In this document: positions 63,492 through 64,000 of the stretch, piece after piece
Layout: each line of letters begins with the position of its first letter
Numbering within the stretch: the first letter of the stretch is position 1
Assembly (NCBI GenBank): GCA_013619105.1
Contig: JABXKU010000001.1
Location: 26,996-90,995 of the forward strand
Direction of reading: 5' to 3'
DNA length: 64,000 bases
DNA from: Desulfuromonadales bacterium
Lineage (GTDB): Bacteria; Desulfobacterota; Desulfuromonadia; Desulfuromonadales; Syntrophotaleaceae
Program-made: the position numbers and the translations under genes
Notes under the pieces: model-generated
Told to the model about the DNA's origin: nothing
Database searches by the model: none
The model's input: only the letters and a program-made list of their open reading frames with translations

Positions 63492-64000
63492 ATGGAAGTA
63501 AAGCGTTTCAATAAGATCATGGTAGCTAATCGTGGCGAGATTGCCATTCGGATTTTTCGAGCCTGCATCGAGCTCGGTATCAAAACTGTTGCGATCTTTT
63601 CCGAAGAAGATCGGATTTCCTTGCATCGCTATAAGGCTGATGAGTCCTATCTGATCGGTAAGGGCAAGGGGCCGGTTGAGGCTTATCTGGGTATCGATGA
63701 GATCATCGAACTGGCCCTTAAAAAAGATGTCGACGCTATCCATCCCGGATACGGCTTTTTGTCGGAGAACCCTCTTTTTGCTGAGGCTTGCGCTGCGGCG
63801 GGAATTGCCTTTATCGGACCTGGCGCCGATATTCAGCGCCAGCTTGGTGATAAGGTTGCCGCTCGTAAGGTGGCCCTCGAAGCGGGTGTCCCAGTGGTTC
63901 CAGGCACGGCTGATCCCGTTACCTGTGAGGAAAAAGCCCTGTTGTTTGCTGCCAAGACTGGTTATCCAATCATTGTCAAAGCTGCAGCCGGTGGGGGTGG
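63492..64000 (+). CDS. pyc: pyruvate carboxylase, N-terminal biotin-carboxylase part (3'-truncated by the window end)
   Basis: My own translation gives MEVKRFNKIMVANRGEIAIRIFRA..HRYKADESYLIGKGKGPVEAYL..HPGYGFLSEN..KAAAGGG. The HRYKADE.YLIG segment favours Pyc over AccC. GGAGGG is the RBS, and the frame stays open to position 64000. Confidence 0.8.
   Translation, partial: MEVKRFNKIMVANRGEIAIRIFRACIELGIKTVAIFSEEDRISLHRYKADESYLIGKGKGPVEAYLGIDEIIELALKKDVDAIHPGYGFLSENPLFAEACAAAGIAFIGPGADIQRQLGDKVAARKVALEAGVPVVPGTADPVTCEEKALLFAAKTGYPIIVKAAAGGG

Noticed and set aside
1-64000. CRISPR arrays, tRNA, rRNA, tmRNA, RNase P, SRP RNA
   Set aside because: I scanned the intergenic regions for regularly spaced direct repeats, T-loop (GGTTCGAAT-like) motifs and the conserved cores I remember (GAGGAAAGTCC for RNase P, the SRP AGGUCAGGUCCGGAAGGAAGCAGC). 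None was present. A covariance-model scan would still be needed for certainty.

Overview
This 64-kb chromosomal window has gene content that looks Desulfuromonadales/Geobacter-like; that placement is inference only. I support about 51 protein-coding genes. I saw no rRNA, tRNA, CRISPR array or intact mobile element.

Main blocks:
- 1-7.8 kb: a nitrogenase-cofactor and molybdate block, in the order nifX-like, nifB, modC, modA, a roughly 460-bp palindrome-bounded insert, modB, nifV, a rubrerythrin-like gene, and a GNAT gene broken by an 11-bp x3 tandem repeat.
- 8-12.2 kb: housekeeping and envelope genes (YeiH-like, DUF4197, polyprenyl synthase).
- 12.2-20.4 kb: a visibly AT-richer island. It encodes a nine-unit Sel1-repeat protein, an orphan 353-aa/752-aa envelope gene pair (glycine zipper, three PASTA-like domains, Cys-bracketed repeats), a small lipoprotein and a GGDEF cyclase.
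- 20.5-29 kb: lon, two M16 peptidases, YihY/BrkB, lpxH and a ZIP transporter.
- 29.2-30.2 kb: an AT-rich gap of about 1 kb with no credible ORF.
- 30.2-39.1 kb: a YhdH-type oxidoreductase, glpK, and a PhnD-like SBP / hybrid kinase / REC-HD-GYP operon.
- 39.6-42.2 kb: nifN and nifE.
- 42.5-64 kb: GFA, DUF364, ferritin, an OmpA-like gene, nadC-birA-coaX, an EF-G paralogue, MOSC-mog, REC-PilZ, an acyl-CoA synthetase, an NtrC-like / 758-aa HEAT-like / HD-GYP operon, NfeD-SPFH, and the 5' end of pyruvate carboxylase.

The most interesting sequence-level signals:
- nifB, nifV and nifEN each have a near-consensus sigma-54 promoter with TGC-N11-GCA dyads upstream. The nifB and nifV leaders also contain terminator-like hairpins.
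- A mirror-symmetric hairpin-bounded element sits between modA and modB.
- The GNAT gene is frameshifted by a tandem repeat.
- The island carries an orphan envelope module.

All coordinates were hand-indexed and may be off by a few nt. All family assignments are motif recognition by eye, not database searches.
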